64,000 nt of DNA. It comes from an uncultured Clostridia bacterium (lineage in GTDB: Bacteria; Bacillota; Clostridia; Oscillospirales; CAG-382). The stretch is from contig CALWBE010000057.1 of NCBI GenBank assembly GCA_944375955.1, positions 5,346-69,345 on the forward strand, given 5' to 3'. Made by a program: the position numbers and the translations under genes. Each line of letters opens with the position of its first letter. Position 1 is the stretch's first letter. Positions 1 to 9,932 of the stretch are shown here, in pieces. The notes beneath the pieces were generated by a model. It made no database searches and was not told the origin of the DNA. It saw only the letters and a list, made by a program, of their open reading frames with translations.

Positions 1-1
1 T

Positions 2-1786
2 GCATTTATAGTTCAGGATATCGGACTTGCACAAATTATAAAACGCGAGATGCCGGAGGTAACACTTCATGCCAGTACACAGTGCGCCTGCCATAATAAG
101 GACGGAGCTGTGAGGTTATATGACGCCGGTTTTTCAAGGATAGTTTTGGCGCGTGAACTTTCAGAAGAGGATATCATAAAAATAACAGATAATGCGCCGT
201 ATGAGACGGAAATATTTGTTCACGGTGCCTTGTGCGTATCACATTCCGGTCAGTGTTTGTTTTCGTCTGTAGTAGGCGGAAGAAGCGGGAATAGGGGTGA
301 ATGCGCGCAGCCCTGCCGAATGGAATATACTATGCGCACATGTGCAGGAGAAAGAAAAGGATATCCGCTAAGCTTAAAGGATTTGAGTCTTGCGGAACAT
401 ATTGATAAAATTTGCAGATCAGGAGCTGCCTCATTAAAGATAGAAGGCAGAATGAAAAGTCCCGAGTATGTGTGGGGTGTAACTAAAATAATAAAAAGGC
501 TTCTTGAGGAAGAACGAGGAGCAAACAGTGACGAAATGCGTCAGCTTCGTGAATTATTTTCCCGAGGAGGTTTTACTGACAGTTATTATACCCGAAGATA
601 CCTTGCCACAAGCGAAGGAATGTACGGAATAAGGGGCAAGGCGGAAAAAGAAGCAACAAAGGAAGCGGAGAATAGTATAAATATTATACAGCCGCGCCGT
701 CATATAAAAGCAGAATGCGGATTTGAATCAGGAAAAAAGCCTTATATTATTTATTCATGCGGAGAATATGAGGGGTTTGCCGAAGGAGAGGAGGAACTCG
801 AATCAGCAAAAAATTCAAGTGCGACATTCGAGAGTATTGCCAAGAATCTTGTAAAGCTGGGATCAACGCCGTTTATTCTCGATATAAAAGATATATCAAT
901 GACTGTGGGGGAAAGTGTTTTTGTACCGTCAGGCATAATAAATGAATTGCGCAGAAAAGCGTCACAACTTTTGTATGAAAAAATGACTTTGCCTGTCGGC
1001 ATAAAACGAATGCGTATAGGTTTTTGTCCGCAAAGGCAGAATTCGTCTAAAAAAAAGGTCAAAATAAGGCTGTATTTTGAATCGAGCGAAAATTTTAAAA
1101 GTAAAATTTCCGGATATAATGATATAGAAAGTATAGTCTTTCCTTTGTATAAATTTGCTTCCGAAGGAGAGACGATAAAAAAACTTTCTTCAGATTTCCG
1201 TATAGGAGTTCTGTTTCCTCGGGTGCTTTCTAATGGGGAAAAGAAAGGTGCTTTAAGTATGCTTGAATATGCAAAAAGCTGCGGAGCTTCTTTCTGCGAG
1301 GTGTCAAATATAGGACATATCGAAACCGCACGTCAGACAGGGCTTGAAATATACGGGGGAATAGGTCTTAATATTACAAATTCACTGTCAATGGAGTATT
1401 ATACTGAAGAGCTTGGTTTATCCTCGATAGTATTATCTCCCGAACTAAAACTTGGAGCATTGAGAGATATTGTAAAGCCCAGCGGTGTGATAAGCTGCTT
1501 TTATGCGAGGGGAAGACTTCCGCTTATGGTGCTTGAAAGCTGTATAGTCAAATCTTGCGGTATGTGCCGTAAAGATCGCGAAAATGAAAAGGTATGCGGA
1601 GTTATAACAGATAGAATAAATGCGTCATTTCCGATATATCCGGCGAGACGTTTTGATATTGACTATCCTTGCAGAAACATTATTTATAATTCGGTTATAA
1701 CGGATTTAAGATCAAAAAAAGAATTGTATATGTCGGGTATAGACGTACTGTGCGTTTCAGCCGAAGAGGATGGTATGCCGCTTTGA
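2..1786 (+). CDS. U32 family peptidase (collagenase-like), 5'-truncated by window edge
   Basis: Reading frame is open from nt 2 (AFIVQDIGLAQIIKRE-MPEV...), so the ATG at 50 is internal. U32-type signature 'EIFVHGALCVSHSGQCLFSS' and 'KIEGRMKSPEYV'. Confidence 0.85.
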   Translation, partial: AFIVQDIGLAQIIKREMPEVTLHASTQCACHNKDGAVRLYDAGFSRIVLARELSEEDIIKITDNAPYETEIFVHGALCVSHSGQCLFSSVVGGRSGNRGECAQPCRMEYTMRTCAGERKGYPLSLKDLSLAEHIDKICRSGAASLKIEGRMKSPEYVWGVTKIIKRLLEEERGANSDEMRQLRELFSRGGFTDSYYTRRYLATSEGMYGIRGKAEKEATKEAENSINIIQPRRHIKAECGFESGKKPYIIYSCGEYEGFAEGEEELESAKNSSATFESIAKNLVKLGSTPFILDIKDISMTVGESVFVPSGIINELRRKASQLLYEKMTLPVGIKRMRIGFCPQRQNSSKKKVKIRLYFESSENFKSKISGYNDIESIVFPLYKFASEGETIKKLSSDFRIGVLFPRVLSNGEKKGALSMLEYAKSCGASFCEVSNIGHIETARQTGLEIYGGIGLNITNSLSMEYYTEELGLSSIVLSPELKLGALRDIVKPSGVISCFYARGRLPLMVLESCIVKSCGMCRKDRENEKVCGVITDRINASFPIYPARRFDIDYPCRNIIYNSVITDLRSKKELYMSGIDVLCVSAEEDGMPL

Positions 1787-1805
1787 AAGGAAAATAAATT
1801 TATAT

Positions 1806-2786
1806 ATGAAGATAAAGAATATAGAATTTGAAAACGGACTTTTTTTAGCTCCGATGGCGGGAGTGGCTGACCGGGCGTTTAGACATATGTGCAAGAAATA
1901 CGGCGCCGAAGGAGTGGTAACTGAGATGATTTCTTCAAAAGCGCTCGTATTCGGAGATAAAAAGACAGAGATACTTGCAAAAATAGACAGTTATGAGCGG
2001 CCGTGCGCATTGCAGCTTTTCGGAAGCGATCCTTTGACTATGGCAAAAGCTGCGGAAATAGCAATGAAATTTTCGCCTGATATAATAGATATAAATATGG
2101 GCTGTCCCGTACATAAAATTGTGTCATCCGGGGACGGATCGGCACTTATGAAAAATCCGGCACTTGCATATGAAGTTATATGTTCTGTTGTAAATTCTGT
2201 GGGGGATAAAGTACCGGTTACAGTAAAAATACGAAGCGGGTATGACGTTTCTCATATAAATGCCCCCGAGATTGCTATGCTTGCCGAAAAAGCCGGAGTA
2301 TCAGCCATTTTCGTACATGGCAGGACGCGTGATCAGATGTATGCTCCTCCGTGCGATCTTGAAACAATAAAAAAGGTAAAGATGGCAGTGTCTGTTCCTG
2401 TCATAGGAAACGGTGATATATTTACTTGTGAGGACGCGGAAAGAATGTTTTCCGAAACCGGATGTGACGGTATAATGATAGGTAGAGGCGCGTTGGGGAA
2501 CCCGTATTTCTTTTTTCAGCTTAAACACTTTTTAAAAACCGGCGAAAAACTGCCTTCTCAGAATTTAAAAGACAAAATGATAGATATAGAAGAACATATG
2601 CGCATCTTATGCAGTGAAAAAGGAGAAAAGACAGCATCTGCCGAATGCCGCAAGCATCTTTCATGGTATGTTAAAGGTGTCAGGGGAAGCGCTTCGCTGA
2701 GGGACTGCATAAACCGAACCGATAATATAGAAAATACTCTTAATATTATAAGAAAGGCTTTTGATAATTGTAATACTTTATCATAG
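1806..2786 (+). CDS. dus: tRNA-dihydrouridine synthase (Dus family, DusB-like)
   Basis: 'LAPMAGVADRAFR', 'IDINMGCP', 'VKIRSG', 'VHGRTR' Dus/TIM-barrel motifs. Start moved to ATG 1806 (MKIKNIEF), just after the upstream stop. Confidence 0.9.
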   Translation: MKIKNIEFENGLFLAPMAGVADRAFRHMCKKYGAEGVVTEMISSKALVFGDKKTEILAKIDSYERPCALQLFGSDPLTMAKAAEIAMKFSPDIIDINMGCPVHKIVSSGDGSALMKNPALAYEVICSVVNSVGDKVPVTVKIRSGYDVSHINAPEIAMLAEKAGVSAIFVHGRTRDQMYAPPCDLETIKKVKMAVSVPVIGNGDIFTCEDAERMFSETGCDGIMIGRGALGNPYFFFQLKHFLKTGEKLPSQNLKDKMIDIEEHMRILCSEKGEKTASAECRKHLSWYVKGVRGSASLRDCINRTDNIENTLNIIRKAFDNCNTLS

Positions 2787-2802
2787 GAACTATTATAAAG
2801 GT

Positions 2803-3501
2803 ATGAGCGGATATAATTCAGAAAATGATATAGTAAACGGAATGTTTGCATTAGCCGATGAAAAATATAAAAATTTTCAGGCGAAACTTATCCCGAATAT
2901 AGCAGAAGAAACGATTATGGGAATAAGGACTCCGGTTTTGCGGAAATACGCGAAAAAATTTTACAAAACCGAAGAGCGGGAAAAGTTTATTTCTGATCTT
3001 CCGCATAGGTTTTATGAAGAAAATAATCTTCATGCTTTTTTTATCGAACAGGAAAAGGATTTTAAAACCTGCATAAAATTGATAGATTTATTTCTTCCGT
3101 ATGTTGATAATTGGGCGACGTGCGATTTGATGTCTCCGGCAGTATTGAGAAAGAATAAAAAAGATTTGTATGAAAAAATAAAAGAGTGGATAAAGAGCGG
3201 TAAAACATATACGGTTCGATACGGACTTCACATGCTTATGGTACATTATCTTGATGATGATTTTTCTCCGGATTGTCTCTTGCTTGCGTCAGAGGTGCGT
3301 TCAGAGGAGTATTATGTCAACATGATGACAGCATGGTTTTTTGCCACGGCGCTTGCAAAGAGATACGAAGAAACTCTGCCGTATATTAAAGATCATAAAC
3401 TTTCCAGGTGGTGTCATAATAAAACGATATCTAAAGCGTGTGAAAGCTATCGTATAAGTGCTGATAAGAAAGAATATTTAAGATCTTTGAGGATAAAATA
3501 A
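2803..3501 (+). CDS. DNA alkylation repair protein (AlkD/AlkC-like HEAT-repeat family)
   Basis: 'YKNFQAKLIPN...IMGIRTPVLRKYAKKF', 'NWATCD' typical of the DNA_alkylation family. ATG 2803 chosen over the TTG at 2761. Confidence 0.75.
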   Translation: MSGYNSENDIVNGMFALADEKYKNFQAKLIPNIAEETIMGIRTPVLRKYAKKFYKTEEREKFISDLPHRFYEENNLHAFFIEQEKDFKTCIKLIDLFLPYVDNWATCDLMSPAVLRKNKKDLYEKIKEWIKSGKTYTVRYGLHMLMVHYLDDDFSPDCLLLASEVRSEEYYVNMMTAWFFATALAKRYEETLPYIKDHKLSRWCHNKTISKACESYRISADKKEYLRSLRIK

Positions 3502-3531
3502 GAAAAATAAAATCAAAATACTTTCATAAAT

Positions 3532-3573
3532 AAAAAAGCTGTCCCTTTAAAGATTTTAGGGACGGCTTTTTTG
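3532..3573. terminator. Bidirectional rho-independent terminator between convergent genes
   Basis: AAAAA-AGCTGTCCCT...AGGGACGGCT-TTTTTT hairpin flanked by an A-run and a T-run. Confidence 0.75.
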
Positions 3574-3595
3574 TATATGTGCTTCCAGATAAAGC

Positions 3596-4123
3596 CTACA
3601 TATCGTTATCTGATTTATATATTCCCGTTATTTCACAAACGTACATTTCATGAAAGTCACCTGCAGAATAGCATGAATCGATGATACTTTTATCGATGAA
3701 TGAATTTTTGTCAATATATTGAGCGAAAAGTTTTTTTCCGACAATTGTAACAGACGCTTCTTTAAAAAAGACGGCGTTGTTTTCAATATAAGGAGTAAGC
3801 CCCGCCTCCGATATTTTGTCACAGTCGCGTCCGGAAAGCTTCCCGCACTTTGTAAGAGCCTGACGGTAAGATTCATTGAAGAAAGAAAGAGAAATTGTAT
3901 CTGATGCGTCTATAAATTCTTTAGTGAAACGCTGGGGCCTTATAAAGCAGAAAAATACATTTTTTCCCCAAAGTACTCCGAAGCCTCCCCAGCTTGCGGT
4001 CATGGTATTCAGTTTTTTGTCAGTACGGCTTTCATCGCATGCAGATATAAGCATCCAGTCGCTGCCTATTTTTTTAAAGACATTGAATTCAGCGTTTTCA
4101 GGAGAGATTTTTTTCAAATTCAT
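3596..4123 (-). CDS. Flavin reductase-like (FMN-binding split-barrel) family protein
   Basis: 'NTMTASWGGFGVLWGKNVFFCFIRPQR' resembles flavin reductase domain proteins. Start at MNLKKISP. Confidence 0.65.
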   Translation of the reverse strand: MNLKKISPENAEFNVFKKIGSDWMLISACDESRTDKKLNTMTASWGGFGVLWGKNVFFCFIRPQRFTKEFIDASDTISLSFFNESYRQALTKCGKLSGRDCDKISEAGLTPYIENNAVFFKEASVTIVGKKLFAQYIDKNSFIDKSIIDSCYSAGDFHEMYVCEITGIYKSDNDM

Positions 4124-4190
4124 AAAAATACCTTCTTTCATTTTTGATTTATTATAACCATATTTTATAAATATGCAGAAAAATATAATT

Positions 4191-4367
4191 TTACAAATAA
4201 CATTTTATAGTATTTTCTATCCAGTAACAGTAAGAATATTCTGTATCCTTGAGTTCTAGGGACTTTAACAGTAAATAAGGAGTAATTCCGTCGGGACATT
4301 TATTAATAAATTCCGCCAGTGCGGAAAGTATATATAAATTATATTGCTTTATTTCAGCTTGAGTCAT
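4191..4367 (-). CDS. Small hypothetical protein (58 aa), below the ORF-track cutoff
   Basis: ATG 4367 preceded by GAGGAC-aaaaa. Translates MTQAEIKQYNLYILSALAEFINKCPDGITPYLLLKSLELKDTEYSYCYWIENTIKCYL*. No recognisable family. Confidence 0.3.
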   Translation of the reverse strand: MTQAEIKQYNLYILSALAEFINKCPDGITPYLLLKSLELKDTEYSYCYWIENTIKCYL

Positions 4368-4400
4368 TTTTTGTCCTCAGTTATAGAAATAAATAAAAAT

Positions 4401-4432
4401 GGGAAAACGCTTTATTCGCAAAGCGTTTTCCC
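4401..4432 (-). terminator. Rho-independent terminator downstream of ftsH
   Basis: GGGAAAACGCTTT-attcgc-AAAGCGTTTTCCC 13-bp perfect stem, followed on the minus strand by a T-rich run. Confidence 0.8.
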
Positions 4433-4512
4433 GATTTAATTATTTTTGAAAATTCGAAAATCTTTTATAAAAAATAAAAGCAATGACAATTATATTTTTT
4501 TTATTATTTTAA

Positions 4513-6567
4513 TTATTTTTCCTCTTTGTCAGAATTGTCATCGGGGGTGTTATTGTCATTGTTGTTATCATCAGACTGAGATGAAGAGAAATCGGGAGAA
4601 ATGTTATCATCGCCGTTTTCAGGTGTGTCGGAAGCTTTGACAGTAAAAGACTGCTGCTTGCGTTTTTTGTCGTTTTCATCTTTGCTCTGCTGTTTTTTTG
4701 CTTCTGCGATAGCGGCAATTTCTTCAATAGACGGAGTAGGGTTAGTATCCATAAGAAATTTAAACTGATCTTCATCCATAGTTTCATATTGTACAAGAAA
4801 ATTGGCGATCACATGCATTTTTTCCTCATTTTCACGTATCAGCTTTTCAGCTTCAGCATATGCCTTGTCAATAATGCTCTTGATTTCACTGTCTATTAAA
4901 GCTGCTGTTTCATCAGAATAATTCTTTGTATTATTAAAATCACGACCAAGGAAAATTTCATCATCAGATCGTTCAGAGGCAAAAGCAATAGGACCGAGTT
5001 TATCGCTCATACCGTATCTTGTTACCATGTTTCTGGCGATTTCGGTAGCTCGCTGAATATCGTTAGATGCGCCGCCTGAAATATCGTCAAAAAAGATTTT
5101 TTCAGCGACTCTTCCTCCGAGCATCATTGTAATTTCTTCAATCAAGCCGTTTTTATATACGCTGACTTTATCTTCGAGAGGAACAGTAAGCGTGTATCCC
5201 AAAGCTCTTCCGCTTGGAATAATAGAGATTTGGCGGACAGGATCTACTGACGGCAGCAAATGCGCGAGCACCGCGTGTCCTGCCTCGTGATAAGCAGTCT
5301 TTTTCTTTTCTTCAGGCTTGAATTTGCGGGATTTTTTCTGAGTACCTACCATAATTTTAAGAGAGGCTTCTTCAATATCGTTCATGCCGATAAGCTTTTT
5401 ATGTTTGCGTGCAGCATGAAGAGCGGCTTCGTTGAGAAGATTAGCAAGATCGGCGCCGGTAAAACCAACGGTAGCCTGAGCAATTTTTTCAAGATCGACC
5501 GTTTCCTCAAAAGGCTTGCCTCTTGCGTGAACTTTAAGGATATCAACTCTGCCTTTAAGATCGGGATAATTTACTGTTATCTGTCTGTCAAAGCGCCCGG
5601 GTCTAAGCAAAGCAGGATCAAGAATATCCGGCCTGTTGGTAGCGGCGATTACAATAACACCCTCGTTGCTTCCGAAACCGTCCATTTCTACAAGCAGCTG
5701 ATTCAAGGTTTGTTCTCTCTCGTCATGACCACCACCGAGACCTGCACCTCTGTGCCGTCCGACGGCATCGATTTCATCTATGAATATAATGCTTGGAGCA
5801 TTTTTCTTTGCGTTTTCAAAAAGATCGCGCACACGTGAAGCACCGACACCGACATACATTTCTACGAAGTCAGAGCCGGAAATCGAGTAGAAGGGAACGC
5901 CGGCTTCACCCGCGACGGCTTTTGCCAATAAAGTTTTACCTGTTCCGGGAGGGCCTACAAGCAGTACTCCTCGTGGTATGCGTGCTCCGAGTTCGCTGTA
6001 TCTTACAGGATTTTTCAAAAACTCAACTACTTCCTGCAGTTCTTCTTTTTCCTCGTCAGCTCCGGCAACATCCGAAAAGCGCACTTTATTTTTTGAATCG
6101 CTCATCAAATGAGCGCGCGAGCGGCCGAAAGAATTAAGCTTTCCGCCTTTGCCGCCCATGGCCTGATTGATGGATACAAAATATATAATTACGACGAAAA
6201 CGAGAATAATGAGGTAAGGTAGATACGACACCCACCATGCGACTTCTACCGGTTCTTCGTAGTCATACCATTCGATTATGCCGTTTTCATGTTGTTCTTC
6301 TATCAAATCGCCGAGATCATTTAAAAATAAATCAAGACTTCTGAGCTTATAAGAAAGCTGTGTTTCGCCTTTATCGTTGAGAGTCAATATAAGGGTATTG
6401 CTGTTGTCTATCTCAAACTTTTTAACTTCTTCGTTTTTAAAATAATCTATAATATCGCTGTATTTCGGTTTCCCGTTATCGGTATTATTGATCATCCATG
6501 AGGTGATTGATATCATTGCAATAACTGCAATAAGATAAAATGCTATTACTTTAATACTCTTTTTCAT
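4513..6567 (-). CDS. ftsH: ATP-dependent zinc metalloprotease FtsH
   Basis: N-terminal TM segments, Walker A 'GPPGTGKT', Walker B 'IIFIDEID', second region of homology '[18 protein letters not shown]', zinc motif 'HEAGHA'. AAGGAG RBS. Confidence 0.97.
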   Translation of the reverse strand: MKKSIKVIAFYLIAVIAMISITSWMINNTDNGKPKYSDIIDYFKNEEVKKFEIDNSNTLILTLNDKGETQLSYKLRSLDLFLNDLGDLIEEQHENGIIEWYDYEEPVEVAWWVSYLPYLIILVFVVIIYFVSINQAMGGKGGKLNSFGRSRAHLMSDSKNKVRFSDVAGADEEKEELQEVVEFLKNPVRYSELGARIPRGVLLVGPPGTGKTLLAKAVAGEAGVPFYSISGSDFVEMYVGVGASRVRDLFENAKKNAPSIIFIDEIDAVGRHRGAGLGGGHDEREQTLNQLLVEMDGFGSNEGVIVIAATNRPDILDPALLRPGRFDRQITVNYPDLKGRVDILKVHARGKPFEETVDLEKIAQATVGFTGADLANLLNEAALHAARKHKKLIGMNDIEEASLKIMVGTQKKSRKFKPEEKKKTAYHEAGHAVLAHLLPSVDPVRQISIIPSGRALGYTLTVPLEDKVSVYKNGLIEEITMMLGGRVAEKIFFDDISGGASNDIQRATEIARNMVTRYGMSDKLGPIAFASERSDDEIFLGRDFNNTKNYSDETAALIDSEIKSIIDKAYAEAEKLIRENEEKMHVIANFLVQYETMDEDQFKFLMDTNPTPSIEEIAAIAEAKKQQSKDENDKKRKQQSFTVKASDTPENGDDNISPDFSSSQSDDNNNDNNTPDDNSDKEEK

Positions 6568-6618
6568 TAACTGTTAAATCACTCCTTGCCGTTTAACCGG
6601 AATTTGTTGAAATAAGCT

Positions 6619-8103
6619 TCAGATATATTGAGATCTGTAAAAAGCAACTGTTGCTTTCGGATTGTCTGCGAGACTTTTTTCGCTGTCGCAGGGAGCGGAA
6701 AAAAACGGGACGCAGATTATTTGTTCTTCGCTGTCGCAAATAACCGGAACAAGCTGCCTTTCTATAGCGGGAACAGCGTTTTCAGAAAAAACTTTTTTAA
6801 GCTTTCTTGACATTCCGCCTATACGGATACTGTCTCCGGGAAATCTTTGACGTGCAAATAACTTTCTATTTATTATATCAGAAAACAAGTCAACTTTTTT
6901 ATACAATTTGTAAACAATATCTTCTTTTTTTATAATATCAGGTAAACAGAAGTCAATATTTTCATTTTTTTCAGTTAAAAAAACTGCGTAAGAGCTGTTT
7001 ATGACATTTTCTCCTGCATGAAGCTCAATATTAAAATAAAGATTTTCTGTGCAGCATTCTTGTATATTATTATTTTCAGAGTTTGTTTTAAATATTGATA
7101 TTCCGCTTTTAAAATCAATTTTGGCGAAAAGATTATCCGGCAGTGAAATATATCTTGTTTTCATATCCGAAAAAGTTTTTTCGGCTGCGTCTGCCAGCGC
7201 ATTTATATGACTGCCTCCAGTCATTATTTCTTTACCGGAGTAGTTTTTACAAAGATTTTTTATATATCTTAATCTGACAGCTTGAGGCAAATCCATGATA
7301 TCATTGAGAGTATGGCATTCTTTTTCTGAAAAAACTGATAATAAGCTGTCAAAATATTCTCTGTCTTTTCTTGATGATTCCGAAAGCCTGAAAAGGGCGC
7401 CTTCAAGAGAAGGGTTTAAAGTTTTAAGTTTGGGAATAACACTGTGTCTTAAAAAATTGCGCGAATATTCCTCGTCGTAATTTGTTTCGTCAATAACGAA
7501 ATCTTGTGATAAGGCAGCAAGATAATTTTCCACTTCGATGCGAGACATTTTTATAAGAGGTCTTATAAAGTTATCTCTTACCGGCGGAATACCGCACAGA
7601 CCCTCCGTTCCGCTTCCTCTGCAGATATTGAAAATAACAGTTTCTGCATTGTCCGACATCGTATGAGCTGTAGCAATTTTATCGGCGTTAAAATAGTAGG
7701 CAGCTCTTTCAAAAAAGGCATATCTTTCATTTCTCGCCGCGGTTTCAAGACTTATATGTGTATTTTTATATAGTTCAGGAATATTTACCTTTTCAGAATA
7801 AAACGGCAAGGAAAGTTTTTCAGCGAGTTTTTTAGTAAATTTTTCGTCGCGTTCTGCCGTCTGTGCCCTTATTCCATGATTAAGATGACAAACAAAAACG
7901 GAAAAACCGAGTTTAACCGACAGAGAATTAAGGGACAGCAGAAGAGAAACAGAATCAGCTCCGCCCGAAACTGCGGTTAGGATCCGGCTTTTGCCGTTTA
8001 TCATTTTGTATTCTTGAAGAGTGCTTAAAACTTTTTTTTCAAATTTGTAAACATCTGTATTTTTTTGTATTTTACTAATATTAAAATGATCGTTATTCAT
8101 CAT
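6619..8103 (-). CDS. tilS: tRNA(Ile)-lysidine synthase TilS
   Basis: PP-loop 'AVSGGADSVSLL' and a long C-terminal domain. The ORF-track N-terminus lies inside dnaB, so the start is placed at the ATG-ATG pair at 8103/8100 (MMNNDHF). Confidence 0.85.
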   Translation of the reverse strand: MMNNDHFNISKIQKNTDVYKFEKKVLSTLQEYKMINGKSRILTAVSGGADSVSLLLSLNSLSVKLGFSVFVCHLNHGIRAQTAERDEKFTKKLAEKLSLPFYSEKVNIPELYKNTHISLETAARNERYAFFERAAYYFNADKIATAHTMSDNAETVIFNICRGSGTEGLCGIPPVRDNFIRPLIKMSRIEVENYLAALSQDFVIDETNYDEEYSRNFLRHSVIPKLKTLNPSLEGALFRLSESSRKDREYFDSLLSVFSEKECHTLNDIMDLPQAVRLRYIKNLCKNYSGKEIMTGGSHINALADAAEKTFSDMKTRYISLPDNLFAKIDFKSGISIFKTNSENNNIQECCTENLYFNIELHAGENVINSSYAVFLTEKNENIDFCLPDIIKKEDIVYKLYKKVDLFSDIINRKLFARQRFPGDSIRIGGMSRKLKKVFSENAVPAIERQLVPVICDSEEQIICVPFFSAPCDSEKSLADNPKATVAFYRSQYI

Positions 8104-9436
8104 GAGTAGTATCCACAGAAATGAATTTTGTGTATTGACCATACCAACCGAGGTCGGCTTTTCCGGTAGAACCGTGACGGTTTTTAGCAATAATACACTG
8201 AGCGGTATTTTGTTTTTCGGGATTATCGTTATAATACTCATCCCTGTATAAAAACATTATTACGTCGGCATCTTGTTCAATAGCCCCGGAATCTCGAAGA
8301 TCGGAAGCCATAGGGGTTTTATTTGTTCTTCCTTCGACGCCGCGGTTGAGCTGCGCGCAGGTTATAACCGGAACTTTGAGATCTTTAGCAAGAAGTTTAA
8401 GATTTCTTGATATTTCACCTATTTCTTGAACTCTGTTGTCGTTTTTGACATCAGATTGCATAAGCTGAAGATAATCTATAATAACAAGACCGAGATTTTT
8501 CACACGGCGAAGTTTGGCTTTCATACCGGTAACTGTAATACCGGTAGTATCATCTATCAATATGTCGGTTTGTGAAAGAACGGCAGCTGCACGGGCGAGA
8601 TTAGCCCAGTCGTTGTCTTCGAGCTCGCCGGTTCTCATTTTATAACTGTCGATAAGAGCCTCGCTTGAAAGCATACGCGATACTATTTGTTCATCTGACA
8701 TTTCAAGAGAGAATATAGCTACGGTCTTTTTCTGACGGCAGGCAACGTTAGCTGCGATATTGAGGCAGAAGGCAGTCTTTCCCATGCCGGGGCGTGCTCC
8801 TACTATAATAAGATCTGACTTTCCCATACCTACGAGAAGTTTATCAATACTGCTGAAATATGTCGGAATTCCCATAGCTTCTTCACGGTTTGTAATAAGA
8901 TCTTGAAGGTGAGAATAGTGCTGTATTATAATATCGCGGATATGTGTAAAACCTTTTGCGTTTACATCTGTTGCAATATTAAATATTTTTTGTTCGGCAC
9001 TGTCGATTATTTCAGCAGCGCTGCCTTCGGCGGCATAAGCCATTTCTTTTATATCGTCAGCCGCTTCTATAAGCCTTCTGAGCATGGCTTTATCGCGTAC
9101 TATTTTTGCATAGTCGGTTATATTTGCAGCTGTAGAAACAGAATCAGCAAGCAGCTTGATATAATTTTTTCCCTCTGCCTCGCTGTTTATACCGGCCTGA
9201 GTAAGAGCGTCAAGCAGAGTAACTATTTCTATTGGCCGGCTTTGAATAAACAGCGACTGCATTGCTTCGAAAATGAGTCTGTTTTTTTCAAGATAAAAGT
9301 CTTCTGCATGAATAATATTCGCGACATCCTTAAAGCGTTCCGGATCAATAAGTATTGCACCGAGCAAAGCCGTTTCTGCTTCGGCTGATATCGGAAGAAC
9401 GCGTGGGGTATCTATGTTTGTAAGCTCTTGCGGCAT
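8093..9436 (-). CDS. dnaB: Replicative DNA helicase DnaB
   Basis: 'PISAEAETALLGAIL', Walker A 'GARPGMGKTAF', 'IIDYLQLM', 'VITCAQLNR', 'IIAKNRHG'. Confidence 0.96.
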   Translation of the reverse strand: MPQELTNIDTPRVLPISAEAETALLGAILIDPERFKDVANIIHAEDFYLEKNRLIFEAMQSLFIQSRPIEIVTLLDALTQAGINSEAEGKNYIKLLADSVSTAANITDYAKIVRDKAMLRRLIEAADDIKEMAYAAEGSAAEIIDSAEQKIFNIATDVNAKGFTHIRDIIIQHYSHLQDLITNREEAMGIPTYFSSIDKLLVGMGKSDLIIVGARPGMGKTAFCLNIAANVACRQKKTVAIFSLEMSDEQIVSRMLSSEALIDSYKMRTGELEDNDWANLARAAAVLSQTDILIDDTTGITVTGMKAKLRRVKNLGLVIIDYLQLMQSDVKNDNRVQEIGEISRNLKLLAKDLKVPVITCAQLNRGVEGRTNKTPMASDLRDSGAIEQDADVIMFLYRDEYYNDNPEKQNTAQCIIAKNRHGSTGKADLGWYGQYTKFISVDTTHDE

Positions 9437-9447
9437 TGTGGGTCACC

Positions 9448-9897
9448 TTAATCCTTTGAAGCCACCACAACAGTTAGTTTCCCTGTTATTTCAGGATGCA
9501 GCTTAACATCAAGAACATAGCTGCCGTAAGCTTTTATAGCGCTTTCGAGTGCTATTTTACGCTTGTCAATTTCAATGCCATATTGCTTTTTAAGTTCGTC
9601 GGCAATTTCCTTGGAAGTTATTGCTCCGTAAAGCCTTGAATCCGATCCTGAACTTGCATAAATTTTTACGGTAACGCTTTGCAGCTTTTCTGAGTTTTCA
9701 CGGGCAAGCTTTTTTTCTTCGGCAAGTCTATGTTCAGTAGCCGCCTGCTTGTTTTTAATTTCATTAAGTATAGCGGGCGTTATTTCAGCGGCGAGTTTTT
9801 TCGGGAAAAGAAAGTTGCGCGCATAACCGTCTGATACGTTAACGACGTCGCCTTTTTTGCCCTGAGCTTTTACATCTTCTAAAAGTAGTACTTTCAT
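9448..9897 (-). CDS. rplI: 50S ribosomal protein L9
   Basis: '[36 protein letters not shown]' is a canonical L9 N-terminus. Confidence 0.96.
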   Translation of the reverse strand: MKVLLLEDVKAQGKKGDVVNVSDGYARNFLFPKKLAAEITPAILNEIKNKQAATEHRLAEEKKLARENSEKLQSVTVKIYASSGSDSRLYGAITSKEIADELKKQYGIEIDKRKIALESAIKAYGSYVLDVKLHPEITGKLTVVVASKD

Positions 9898-9932
9898 TTT
9901 TTATTCCTCCGGTTATAATAATTGAAATAAAT

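Noticed and set aside
5260-6137. Antisense ORFs inside ftsH. Similar cases lie inside dnaB (8903-9388), gdpP (11095-11521), yybS (12618-13139), uvrB, the GH2 gene and others
   Set aside because: They lie opposite strongly supported, motif-rich genes. They have no RBS and low-complexity translations.
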